Positions 1 through 12,239 of a stretch of DNA of 26,419 bases are shown in pieces (position 1 is the stretch's first letter; each line of letters begins with the position of its first letter). The notes beneath the pieces were generated by a model that was given only the letters and a program-made list of their open reading frames with translations, did no database searches and was not told where the DNA came from. This stretch comes from Lingula anatina (taxonomy: Eukaryota; Animalia; Brachiopoda). The stretch spans positions 44,035 through 70,453 of the forward strand of contig CM120644.1 in assembly GCA_051362555.1 (NCBI GenBank). Direction: 5' to 3'. The position numbers and the translations under genes were made by a program.

Positions 1-77
1 TAGTAAAACATGCCCTAAAATGAGAAACCCAACTGACTATCCCCCCCATACCCAAATGGCCTCATACCTATAATGGT
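1..77. repeat. Terminal direct repeat, left copy (likely k=77 assembly overlap)
   Basis: Identical to 26343-26419. Confidence 0.95.
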
Positions 78-331
78 GCCCTCACTTGTTGGGGAACCTA
101 ATTTTTCAAAGTAGTAAAAAAAAATAGGGGATTATTTAATGCCCCCCAAACCCCCCAAAATTATTATTTATAAAGAATAGAGTATTTTATATGAAAATTT
201 AATTTTTAATGAACAGAGAGAGTTCAGAGGAAAACATAGAAATAAGCCCCTATATTTCAACTAAATTATAACATATTATAATAATAGATATTGTGTTAAA
301 AAAAACTACAAGAAAATTGAGAGTAAGAACA

Positions 332-679
332 ATGAATAATTACAAGAAAAAAAATGATTTTACTTGATTATCAAAAGATGGTAAAACTCCATTACTATAC
401 AAAGAAAAATTAAAAGAATTAGCATTAGAAAAAGATTTTAATAATGAAAAGTTATATGCTTTTTATAACAATCCCAAAACTAAAGCTTATTTTTTATATA
501 AACTTGAAACTTCTGATAATTGAGCAGAAAAAAAGTTCTATAGTGAAATGGTAACTAAGTTTGTATTACCTTCATTTAAAAAACACGCTGAAAGTGGAGT
601 AGATAGACCACCAATTAATATAGTCTTAGAAAATAGAATAGACCCCAAAAAGATAGAAAAAGTAAAAGAAAATGTATAA
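332..679 (+). CDS. Putative terminase small subunit (115 aa, code 4)
   Basis: Open with 2 TGA; stop overlaps the TerL start; function inferred from position and size only. Confidence 0.5.
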
Positions 680-2075
680 AAGTTGAAATACTCCCAAAAT
701 ATCACGTTCATTTGATTATTTAAATATAGTTATAAATGATATATTACACGATAGACAACCACGTTGAGAAATAATCCATCAAGTTTCGGGCCGTAAATCT
801 GCTAAAACATTTTCAGACATTATTACTTGAATAAAAATGTGTATTCTATTTCCATTGACATATTGTTATGTTATTAGATATGAGAAACATACTCTTATTG
901 ACTTATGAGACCAAACAACACAAATAATGAACCTCTATTTTAGAGATATTAAATATGAAACAAAATATAAAGCGATTTATTTTCCAAATGGATCCAAACT
1001 TAGAATACTTGGACTACAATCTAAAACTGAAAAAAAGATATCTTTAACTGGACTTTCGGCAGCAGTAGGTCATTTAGCAGTAGTTCACTTTGAAGAGGCC
1101 TATGAATTTCCAAGAAGTAAAGATAATGACGCTATAAAAGACGTATTAGAAGCTATTCGTGGTTATAAATGATTATTACAAGTATATTCGTGTAATCCTT
1201 GAAAAATTAACAATCATTACATAGCATATTGTCATAAAAAAGTTCCATTTGATAAGTTTAGACTTAGAAAAGAGGGGATGATATTGACAGAAAACGAGAA
1301 AAAACACACTTTATACCATTATGGGAACCAAATGGGGAACGAATTTATCTCTAAAAAAGAAAGAGAGGTTCTTTATCAAGAATACTTTGACCCTATACGT
1401 AGGGATGTTGCACTTTATGGTATCCCAGGTATAGAGCAAGGTGGAGTATACGAAGGATACCTACACAGAATTAAAGCTATTATGCCAAGACGTAGTATTT
1501 CAAGAGTAAGTTTTGGGATAGATTATGGGTTAAAAACGGATGCAACTTCTGCTATTTTTGTAGGTTACGATGAGAGTATGAATTGACTTGCAATAATGGA
1601 AGAATATTATTGAAAGAATAGTGATGAAAAGCTTTTTAAAGATGCATCTGTTTTAGCATATGAGGTTTATAGATTTGTCATTGAAACATTAAAGAAATAT
1701 AGAGTTTCATTTTTAGTAAATGTATTTTTAGAAATAGATGATAACTCGGAAGCTTGAATAAAAATGATTAAAGATTTCCATAGAAACAATCCTGATCCAT
1801 ACGAAAGAGAATTTTCATTAATTATTAGAAAATGTTTTAAATCTTCTATTAAAGATAGAATAGACGTTGTTAAAAAATTAATAGCAAAAGGTGGTTTTTA
1901 TGTAATAAATGCTCCTAATTTAATTGCAGAAATGGATAACAGTGAATATGTAGACGAACCAGCAGAATATAAAAAAGATATTAATTCTTTAAGACGTAAA
2001 GACGTTAATGACCACGCTATAAATGCAATGGAATACACATTTACTCGTAAAATTAAAGCTTGAATGAGAAACTAG
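672..2075 (+). CDS. terL: Terminase large subunit (467 aa, code 4)
   Basis: Joins track ORFs 927/1278/1764. Walker A-like SGRKSAKT, FPNGSKLRILGL, Walker B VVHFEEA, SCNP coupling motif, nuclease GIDYG and DHAINAMEY. Confidence 0.93.
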
Positions 2076-2087
2076 TATAATACACTT

Positions 2088-5000
2088 ATGAAAATAAACA
2101 CTAATCCAGTTCAAAATATAATAGATAACTTGGAAGTACCTGAAATTACTCATAAAATCGAACGATTAACTCATATTTTTCCGTTTGAATTTATAAGTGG
2201 TTTCATTAATAGGGCTGAAACTGGTGAAATACCTGACGAATTAAGTGAAACTAAATATGTATCCGACATAGAAAAAGTTTTTACTGGTAGAGAAAGTATT
2301 ATTGCTATTTGAAAAGGAGCAAACTCTTATCAATTAACTAAATACAAAGAATATTTAACAGCAACAGATGAAAATGTTAAAAGAATATTAAGAGAACAAT
2401 TAGAAAAAATAGAAAATTGAGATGAGGATACAACAATAAGCAATGATATTAGTATTGGTGAATTTTTTGTTGGTTTAGCATTTAATATTACATATAATAC
2501 AAAATTTGAAAGTAATGACTTATATGCATCTCAAAAAGTAGCATCCTCTTTTGAATTATTAGTAACTATTAATCCATTTACTCCAACCAATGAACAAATA
2601 GCAAACCTTCAAAAAGTAGAAAAACAAAAAATGGCAGTTTTGTTTCAAGTACCAGAATTAGGAGGAAAAACTTGATATAAATTAGATAGTATTTCTTATA
2701 AATATAATGGTAATCAATTTATCAATGCTACTTTATCTTTTATGTCATATGACGATGAATTGGAAGATAGTGGAATAGCAGTAGAGCAATTCATTCATTT
2801 TGCGGGTCCTGGAATGGGTTACATATATCCACAATTAACATATGACGATAAAGGTAAAAAACAATTTACACCTACTTATAATGAAGCTTTGTTACATAGT
2901 ATCGGAGTTAAATACGTTCAAATAGATTTCTTTGGTCCTGCTATATTTTATAGATTAGGAGGACAAATCATTCCTATTGTTAAAGAAAATGTTGGTGAAA
3001 ATATTGGTGAAAATATTAGAAAAGTAAAATTACCAAGAGAAATGTTGGTTAATAAATTTCTAAGACCTAAAAAAATAGAATTAAATAAAGTAACTTCAAA
3101 TATTACAACATTTTTTCCATTATTTAGTCATTATTTTACAATTGATAAAGAATATCAAACTTGAAGAGAAATGACAAATAAAGCGGGAAACGCTCTTAAA
3201 ATTCCTACATTTTCAGGTAATATTATTTCGTATAGAGAAGGTGGTGTTTTAGATGCTAGTAAGATAATTACACAAGAACAAATAGAAAATACTAATCCAC
3301 GTATTGCGGGAATGAATTTTAGACGTCCTTTGTTTTGAAATAACTTTAAATTTAGTTGACCTTTGGATTGTAATGTTTCTATTTCTGGTTCATCTTATGT
3401 AGATGCTCCATTTGAAATTGAATATAACCAAGATACTCAAAAATACGAAGAAAAAAATTTAATTAACTTAAAAAATGTTAATATGACTTTTGCAGATTTT
3501 GTTAATTATAATTTATTAATTATGCAACATATTTCTACATTGCCATTAGGTATTGGTGAAAGTATAGTTATGGATATTACTCAAATACCATTGATAGGTA
3601 AATTTTTAAACTTTATAACTGGGGGTTCTAAGCCTAGTTGAACTTATCATAAACATATGATTAGTCCAATAGCTAAATTAAATGGACTTATACCTTCTGA
3701 AATTGCTAGTCATATTATGGCAGTATATAAAAATGGTAGAGCAGTATTTCCATTAGATTTATTTAGTGATAATACAAGTATTAATTTAACTCAATTGTTA
3801 GATACAAATAATACTATTACTTCTTTCTGCTTTGAAATGACAGATACAATTACAAGAAAAACTGGTGAAGCATATGTAGAAAATACTTTTGCTTGAACTA
3901 AAGATAAAAATATAAAAGATTTAAATTGAACTGCTATTGAAAGTAAAACAGCTTTTAGAGTTCTTAGTTTAGATTTAAAAGCTTTCTCTCAAAGTGATTT
4001 TAGAATAACATTTTGAAATGATATAGAAAAACCTTCAATTTGAACTGGTATGTTTAAAACTCAATCTAAATTCAGCGGACGTAAACGTGATATTCAAACA
4101 ATATTAAAAATAGATAAGATTGATTTAGAAACAAAACCTGATTTCAATTTAGGATGACCAAAAGATATGTATGGTGCTTTACCAATTATACCTACCGGAC
4201 TTGTTATTAACTTTAATGATATAGAAAATAATCAAGTATTTTTAACAAAAATAGGTAAAGAATTTAATAAAAGTGATTATTTTGATTTAGGTCCACAAAC
4301 ATTTCATTTAGATTTTCCAAAAGCGGCAAGAATAAATTCTCATAGACAAGAACTTTATTATAGAGCTATTTATGCTGATAAATTTTCATTTTTACCATTA
4401 GACCAAAAACCTTTAATTTTTGATAGTGTAGAAAAAATTGGAAGTGAAGGTAATATAAAAACAGATATATTGGATACAGAAACAAGAATATTATTTGAAA
4501 AAATCTTTAGTCTACCAAGAACACCTGATAAAAAACAATTAACCTGAGATGATTTTTTTGATGTAGGAAAACATACAAATATAAAAATTAATTTTAATAC
4601 TGAATTTAAATATGAAAGTAGTATAAGTTTACAAAGTGAAATACGTAAAGGATATAGATTAACTACAAGAGAAACATATGAACCTAAACGTAGATTAATT
4701 AGTTCTGGTATAGTTATTCAATCTGCTACTCGTTCAAGGTATGAAAAAACTTGAAGCAATGGTTATAATATTTGAAGTCTTTTTAGTGGTTATCTATTTT
4801 TAGATACAAGTAAAGAAACTAGATTAGTTGAAAATTCTATTTCAAATGTAGAACCTTTTATAATTGATGAAATTATAGAAATACCAATAATACCTGGAAC
4901 AGAAAACCCAGAAACTTTTTTTAGTGACCCAAAAAATAAATCTAGTTATGGTAATGGGATTATTTCAAGAGGAAATATTTTTACAGCAGATTTTGATTTA

Positions 5001-5336
5001 ACATTTAAAATAGAAAGAATTGGAAACCATCAATTTAAATTAAAAATCACAGATAGACAATTAAAAAAGATTTCATTTAATACTATAATTGAAAATTTTA
5101 GAATACAAAATATACAAAATTTAAAACCTAATTCTGGTTTAGTTAGTGGTTTACCAGTTGGAACATTAACAAGTGGAGGAGGACGTAGACCAACAAGAAC
5201 AAGAGATGTATATGGTGATGTATATAAATCAGACCCATACATAATATCAACTTATTTACCAGTAAAAAAAGATGTAAATATGAATGTGTATGAACGTGAT
5301 ACTATTATTGTAAAAAATTTAATGCTTAGTGTATAA
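2088..5336 (+). CDS. Large probable virion protein, tail or internal (1082 aa)
   Basis: One frame with no TAA/TAG joins five track ORFs; lies in the structural module; no recognised motif. Confidence 0.7.
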
Positions 5337-5375
5337 TTTTATTTAGTAGTGGAGTTTTTATCCCACGAAAAAGAA

Positions 5376-5840
5376 ATGACTGAAAAAGACATTAAAGAAA
5401 TTCCTGTAGAAACAGAGGTTGAAAAACAAGAAAAAAGTGAAACAACTTTAAAAAAAGATAACTCACAATCAAAGGAAAGTTATTTCGCTTTAAATAGAAT
5501 TTTGAAACGCGAACAAAGTGCTTTATTAAAAGAAAAAGAAGAATTTCAAAAAGAAAAAAATACTTATAAATTTTCTAATTTATTTAATAAAAGCGGTGGT
5601 AAGTCTAAGTACTTAGAACAAGTTATAAAAATTAAATCAGATGAAATCATTAGTGGTGAATTTGATGAAAAAAAAATGAAAACTTGAAAAAAAGAGTTAG
5701 ATTGAGCGTTTGAAGATAATACTATTAGCCACGTTACAACTGGACCAAAGATAGAAAAAGAGGACAAAAATAAAGATTTAGAAAAAACTAAAACTGATAA
5801 TATGTCTTTAAAAGATTACTATAATAAAGCATTTAAATAA
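5376..5840 (+). CDS. Putative capsid scaffolding protein (154 aa; alternative GTG start at 5349)
   Basis: E/K-rich, coiled-coil-like, immediately upstream of the capsid gene. Confidence 0.6.
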
Positions 5841-5865
5841 TTTTCCTAATAAGGAGTAAATTTAA

Positions 5866-7341
5866 ATGGCAATCAATTATGATCCTAAGTTCCCAACAGG
5901 TCAAAACTGACAAATGGGTTCTATGGCGTGAGGTAACAAAATCGCCAAAGGTTCTGTATTAGAAGGTAGGTTACTTGGTAGTATGTTAGCTACAAGTAAA
6001 CTAGCTCAAGCTGGTATTTATAGAATGCACGATTGAGTTAATGAACCATTCTATGTTAAAAGAATGAAAATTGCTAGACGTGAATACATAAGACCGGCAA
6101 ATGATCCTACAGGACTTTCACCTAATTTAGCATCAATAGACCAAGACAACGTTTTTATTAATAAAATGGTAGGTTTTGCGATGACAAGAAATCCTTGAGA
6201 TAGAAGTGCATATAACAATACAATTTATGGAGCAACTGACTTACAATGAGCCTCAGTAGGTTCAGAGGAAGCACACTTCCACGATTACAACTTTTATGCA
6301 ATGATGATTAATGCCTTTTTATTACCAAAATTAGCTACAACAGCTATAACTCAAGCTAATAAAACTGGTATTGAATTAAATCAAACAAGAACAGATTTCA
6401 AAGATTTAGCAACTAGAATTGCGTTAAAGAAAAAAGGAGTTCATATTGTAGACGAAATTGGTTCTTTAATGGAAACATTATTAGATAGCAATGGAGACTT
6501 AGATATGAAAAAACTTGAAAATACTAAGAAAGCATATATTACTATATTAGATATGCTACGTAGTTTAAAACAAGTTACCGATAAATATACACAATTAGGG
6601 GTTCCAATCAATAGAATTAAAATCTTTGTTTCATTAGCATTACAAGATTTAATGAGATTAGCTAAAAGCAGAACACAAGCTTTAAATGGTTATGATTTCA
6701 TTGAAAATGCTGATGGAGACTTTATTGTTGGAGGTGTTACATTTGTAGCAGAACCAAAATTAGGTAAAAAAGTATATCCTACTGCTAAAATTAGTGACGA
6801 TGTGGAAAGCTATGAAGGTGTAGCTGGTGAAGACGTATACTTAGACTTAAGATACGTTCACTTAATCGCTTTCGATAGTCAAATTCCACACTATTACCAC
6901 TCTCAACAAGAAGCAGGTATGGTATCTAATTCTTTCCAAAGATTAACATACAACACTGTATACTACAAAAAATATGGTGCTAACGTTGTTAAATTCTTCA
7001 AAAATAGAACTTATTTCGTTATCGGCGGAAAAGCTTCTAATAGTGGAGTAGAAAATGAAGGTTGAACTGCATTAATGAAAGCAATAGCAAATGCTAATAT
7101 AAGAGGTTGAGTATACTCAAATAGAGATACAGAACTAGGTGCTTACTACAATGCTAGATTAGATACTTTCACAAAAACAAAAGGAGGTTCTGATAAAGCT
7201 GATTGTGCGGACCAAAATCCAATTACAAGAATGATAAGACATTCTAAATTTGATTTAATTCAATCAATCAATACACAAGCTAATATAACAATTAAAATGG
7301 TAGGAAGTAAATTCACACCAGAAATTGTTACTTGAAATTAG
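5866..7341 (+). CDS. Putative major capsid protein (491 aa)
   Basis: AAGGAG RBS at 5851; high-expression codon bias (TTC, TAC, AAC, ATC, GCT); follows the scaffold and is followed by a strong hairpin. Confidence 0.7.
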
Positions 7342-7350
7342 TAGCTGATT

Positions 7351-7383
7351 TATGTAGGGGATTTGTATGTAGTCCCCTGCATA
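7351..7383 (+). terminator. Stem-loop after the capsid gene (attenuator or mRNA stabiliser; no U-tract)
   Basis: TATGTAGGGGATT / AGTCCCCTGCATA inverted repeat. Confidence 0.6.
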
Positions 7384-7397
7384 TGTGAGTGATAATT

Positions 7398-8774
7398 ATG
7401 AATGAAATTGAATACAGACTAAGATATAACTATAGCGGACCCATTCTAAAAGAAGATGGTGCTTATGACTGAGCTATTCAACAAATAGAATATATTAGAA
7501 AATATTTAGCAAATTATAGTGCTAAGCATATGTGAAGTAATGGATTTATAGTAGATACTGAAAATGAAAGTGTTCGTAAGTATATCAACGATATTCTATT
7601 TAATAGAGAAAAATTACTTTCATTATTTTTACATATAGAAACTCAATTAAGTCTATATGGAAAATTTATTATTACAATTGATAATACAAAAGATGGTGTT
7701 AAGTTGGGAGAATGTTTATTAAGTAGTGCTGTTGTGTCTCGTGCTTACGTTATGGAACAAACAGCAAGAGTATTTAAAAAACCAATAATAGAAGATAGTA
7801 GACCATTTATTGTAAGAGAGTTTTGAACTACAAAATATGTGGAAAGAGAATTTTACAGAAATATTGATAAGTTCTACACATTAGATAAAGTATCAGAAGT
7901 TCCCAAAGCACTTATGCCATTAAAATACGAAAAACACAATCTGGGATTTTTACCAGTATATCAATTCCAAAATTTAAATAGTCACCACACCGGAGACCAA
8001 CCAGATTGGAAATTATGTCTAGCATATGAAAAGATATTAATGCAATTATTTACAAATCTGTATGACGAAATAATTAACAATACTACAAAATTATTTGGAG
8101 ACTTTTCAAGTGTAGATAAAGTTGATAAAAATCTTTTATTAAACAAAGCACAAGCTAAAGTATTTCTTAATATGTCTCAATCAGAAGATGGTGTAGCTAT
8201 TACAACTATGCAAGGAGACCCAAAAATAAAAAGTTATATTGATGGTATTAAAGAAACAATAGATTTATATTTCCAAGTAGCAGGTTTTGCAAGACAAACA
8301 GATAGCCAAATTACACAAACGGCCACAAAAGAATTATTAGTTAAAGTAGATGATATTAAAACTTTTAGAATGAAAAAATATAATCGTCAATTTGAATATA
8401 AAACTTTCTTTTGACGTTTGTTACAAGTAGCTAAAAATAATCCAACAGATGGATTGTTACTTGATAATATGGAAGACTTTAAATTCGAAGACTTTGACTT
8501 TATTATCAAAGAACCAAAAGAAATTAAATCTATTAACTTTATACAAGATAGTATTGCTTTAATTGATATTGGGGCACTTTCACTAGTAGATTTCATTATG
8601 GAAAACGAACAAATTACAGAAAGCGATGCTGAAACTAAATTAAAGAAAATAACGGAAGAAAGAAAGAAATATAAAGATTTATTTGAACGTTTAGAGAAAC
8701 CAGAACCTATGAATAATGGTATGAATAATAATAAACCAGCAGGTAAAGGAGAACAAAAGAAAAATGCCAACTAG
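7398..8774 (+). CDS. Portal protein, SPP1 gp6/A118-like (458 aa)
   Basis: SLYGKFII and HNLGFLPVYQFQN segments; C-terminal ITESDAETKLKKITEE; typical size. Confidence 0.78.
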
Positions 8775-11745
8775 AATAACTTTCAATTATGATTTCATAA
8801 TTAATACAATAAATACTCCAGATGTTTTAAATATCATTAAACAATATGGAGTAAAAACAGATGAACCAAGATTTGGTGAATACTTAAGATTAGCAATGCT
8901 TAGAGTATATCAATTGACAACTGGAACAATTGATAGAACAAAATGAAATAACACATTAGCGGATCCACAAGTTGAACCTAAATATGATATTTCACAAATT
9001 AATCACGTTGTAGCTGCTACTGCTGAAATTATTAATCATTTTAAATCTTTTGGGCCAGAAAACTTATTAGGTCTTAATAATTCTTATGCTTCTGGTGATT
9101 TTTCTTTCCAAACAACAAATCCTAATTTACCTGACTTTATACCTGAAAATGCTATTAGAGAATTACAACTTGCTAAATTTTTAATTAAAACTAATTTCTT
9201 TGCTAATAACAAACCTATAACAGAAACAAATCAATTTGAATGTTTACAACCTATCGAAACAGATTTAGGTTGTATCAAAGCACGTATAAATCCTGCTAGT
9301 GGTTATACTGATTTTATGCAAATACCACCAAATGCTCATAATGCTATTTGGTTTTATATGGGCGATAATAGAGTATTAACTCAATCTCAAATGGATGATA
9401 GATATGCTTTTAAAGGAGCAGAAAGAGGTGGTGGTGGAACAGTAGAATATACAAACCAATTAAAAGCAACTAATCCTAGTAGAGAAGGAGGTATAAACCA
9501 ATATTTAATTAATGCAGGTAATAAAGATAACATTGCTGCTTTAACGCGTCAATTAGAAACTACCGAAAATACAGTAATACAAAATACTAGTAATATTAAT
9601 GATGTTAAAAATAGAACCGCTGCTGGTTTTAGAGCAACAGGAGAAAGAGTAGATGCTAATACAGCATTATCAACTGATAACAAAAATAGATTAGACAATT
9701 TACCATCTGGCGGAACAGGACCAAGAGGACCAAAAGGAGATAAAGGAGACCCGGGACCAAGGGGACCGAGAGGATTTACAGGACCAGAAGGACTAAAAGG
9801 TGATAAAGGAGATAAAGGAGACCCGGGACCAAGGGGACCGAGAGGATTTACAGGACCAGAAGGACTAAAAGGTGATAAAGGAGATAAAGGAGAACCAGGA
9901 CCAGGTGGCGGAGATGCTACATTTAGAGGTGGAACAAAAGTTAGTGATGTAAAAATATATAAAAATAAAAATGGTAATTTAGAAATATGACATAAAGATA
10001 GAGCAAGAATGTATTTTGATGATAGTAAAGTAGCAATTGTTGGTCTAGCATTTAGTGCTGGAATGAATGAAATTGTAAATGTAGGTATTGGAAAAAATAT
10101 GTTTAGTGCTGTTAATAAATGACAACTAGATAAAGCAATTAATTCTTTACCAACTAATAAATGAGGTAATTTTGATGTTTCTGTTAATTCAGATGGTGAA
10201 GCAATATTAAAAGTTGATGGAACAGAAAATCTAGCTTTATTGGGTTCTTATAACGAATTTCATAAAATTTTATCAATGAGAGGTAACCAAATTAAAGGTT
10301 TGGGAGACCCAATAGCAGAAGATGATGCTGTTAATAAAAGAACACTAGATAAAGAAATTAAAAATATACCAAGTGGTGGTGGCGATACTACTTTCTTGGG
10401 TGGAACAAAAATTAAAGATGTAAAAATAGTTCAAACAATAACTAGTGATGGTTATAAAAAATTATTAATTTGAATTGATAATTGAAAAGCATTAGAATTA
10501 TACAAAAATCATTTAGTAGGAAGTTCAGGTGTTCTTTATCCAGGTGGTAATATTTCTATGAGGGGTGCCTATAAAATATCATCATTAAAAGATGGAACAG
10601 GACCAAAAGATGCTATTAATAAATCTCAATTAGATACTGCTATTTCAAATATACCAAGAGGCCCAAAAGGAGAAAAAGGTGATAGTGGCGGAGAGGCGCC
10701 AAACTTTGTTATTCAATGAAATAAAGGAATGCCTAGATTAATTGAAAATAATACAGGAAAATCAATTACAGTATGACATAACACAGATAAGTTTGTGGTA
10801 TTAACATTTGAAGATGATAGTAAAATTAATAACTCAAAATGAGAAATAGATATTGATTTTATATTACCAAAAGCAGAAAATAATATGATAGAACAAGATA
10901 AGTTTATATCAGTAGCAAGTTTAATGTTTACAAATGATATAGATACAACAGATGAATTAAATTGAAATGTAATGAATGTAGATTTTGATACTGCGGGACA
11001 ATGTTACAATTGAAATTCATTTACAGCAACTTCTGGGGTTCCAGGAGATGTTGGTAGATATACATTTACATTAAATCCAAAACTTGAAAATTGTTTTGCT
11101 TTATTACACTTTTTCAAAACTGGACCTGATAGAGTATATAGAAAAAGACATTTTACAACAATTTTAGAAACAGATAGCACAAAAGAATTAACCTATCTAA
11201 CAGCAAAAACTACATCTACTTATCCAGGTAAATTATATAGTGCTGGTGATGCTAAAATAAAAGATGATGTTGGAATGACAACAACTACTTCAATGTTAAA
11301 AATTAATGTAAACTCAAACGAAGATAGTGAAGGAGAAAATCTTGGTAAATTAATTAAGTTCTTAAAAATTGTATTTGTTAAAAGTACAATTAGCGATTTT
11401 GTTTTAAGAAAAGAACAAACACAAATTATTAAACCAGCAAATGGAACAAGAATAACATTTACATTATCACATCATTACGAAGCATCAGAAATAGTAGAAG
11501 AAGAACCAATTTTAAATCCAAATGAAGCAATTGATGAAATGTTAAATAATAATGAGTTTACATTTAATAGCGAAACAACTGAAAATCTAATTAAAACTTA
11601 TAATACAGCATCTAAAATTAGTGCCTGAATTAAAGGTATTCAAGCAAGAGGTAGAGTTTTAAAAAAACCTAGAACTTGATTAATTAGAGTTGAAGAGTTT
11701 ACAAAAGATTTGTTATTAGCAATAGGAGTAACACCAACGAAATAA
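8764..11745 (+). CDS. Fibre/adhesin protein: head-tail-adaptor-like N-terminus, collagen repeats, YadA-like neck repeats (993 aa)
   Basis: Continuous frame in code 4; Gly-X-Y run at ~9709-9906; three (D/S)A(V/I)NKxxLD motifs. Confidence 0.8.
9733..9893 (+). repeat. Perfect 72-bp tandem repeat (~2.2 copies) in the collagen region
   Basis: CCGGGACCAAGGGGACCGAGAGG at 9751 and 9823. Confidence 0.9.
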
Positions 11746-11990
11746 TGAAAGATTTTTTTGATTGAATTAAAACTTGACCTGAATGATTAAAGATATCTTT
11801 AATGATATTTTTTGGGCTTATATCAATTACAATTTTAATAATAGCTATCTTATGTATGACAGGAGAAATACAAGATAAAACATTTGGAATTATTTGTAAA
11901 GCAATTACTATTTTAAAATCTGTATTAACAAGTTCAGGTATAATGTTGTATCTAAAACATAAATATAATATTAAAAAATATAAAAATTAA
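11745..11990 (+). CDS. Small membrane protein, holin-like (81 aa)
   Basis: TAATG coupling to the fibre gene; 1-2 hydrophobic helices and a basic C-terminus. Confidence 0.55.
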
Positions 11991-11994
11991 TGTT

Positions 11995-12200
11995 TATTCT
12001 TATTTAGGTTATAGTATATATTTATATATATATTTAATATATAGATATAGTATATATAGTTAGTATAATAATTTATTATTATAGTAAGTATATTACTAAA
12101 GAATATATGTTAAATAAATATATATAGATATGTAATATAAGCTAAATTATCATTATCCCCAGTTTCCTGGATTTTAATAGCTTATATATGTGTTTATTTA
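11995..12200. other. Non-coding TA-dinucleotide-rich tract
   Basis: Repeated TATATA/TATAG, almost no C. Confidence 0.6.
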
Positions 12201-12239
12201 TTTATTCTTGGTTCTTATCTAAGCTTATATAATAGTTTT

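Noticed and set aside
1-77. Biological terminal repeats or att sites
   Set aside because: Exactly 77 bp matches a common assembler k-mer overlap; it indicates circularity only
927-11628. Many short genes or pseudogenes as listed in the ORF track
   Set aside because: Artefact of treating TGA as stop; the fragments share a frame and fuse under code 4
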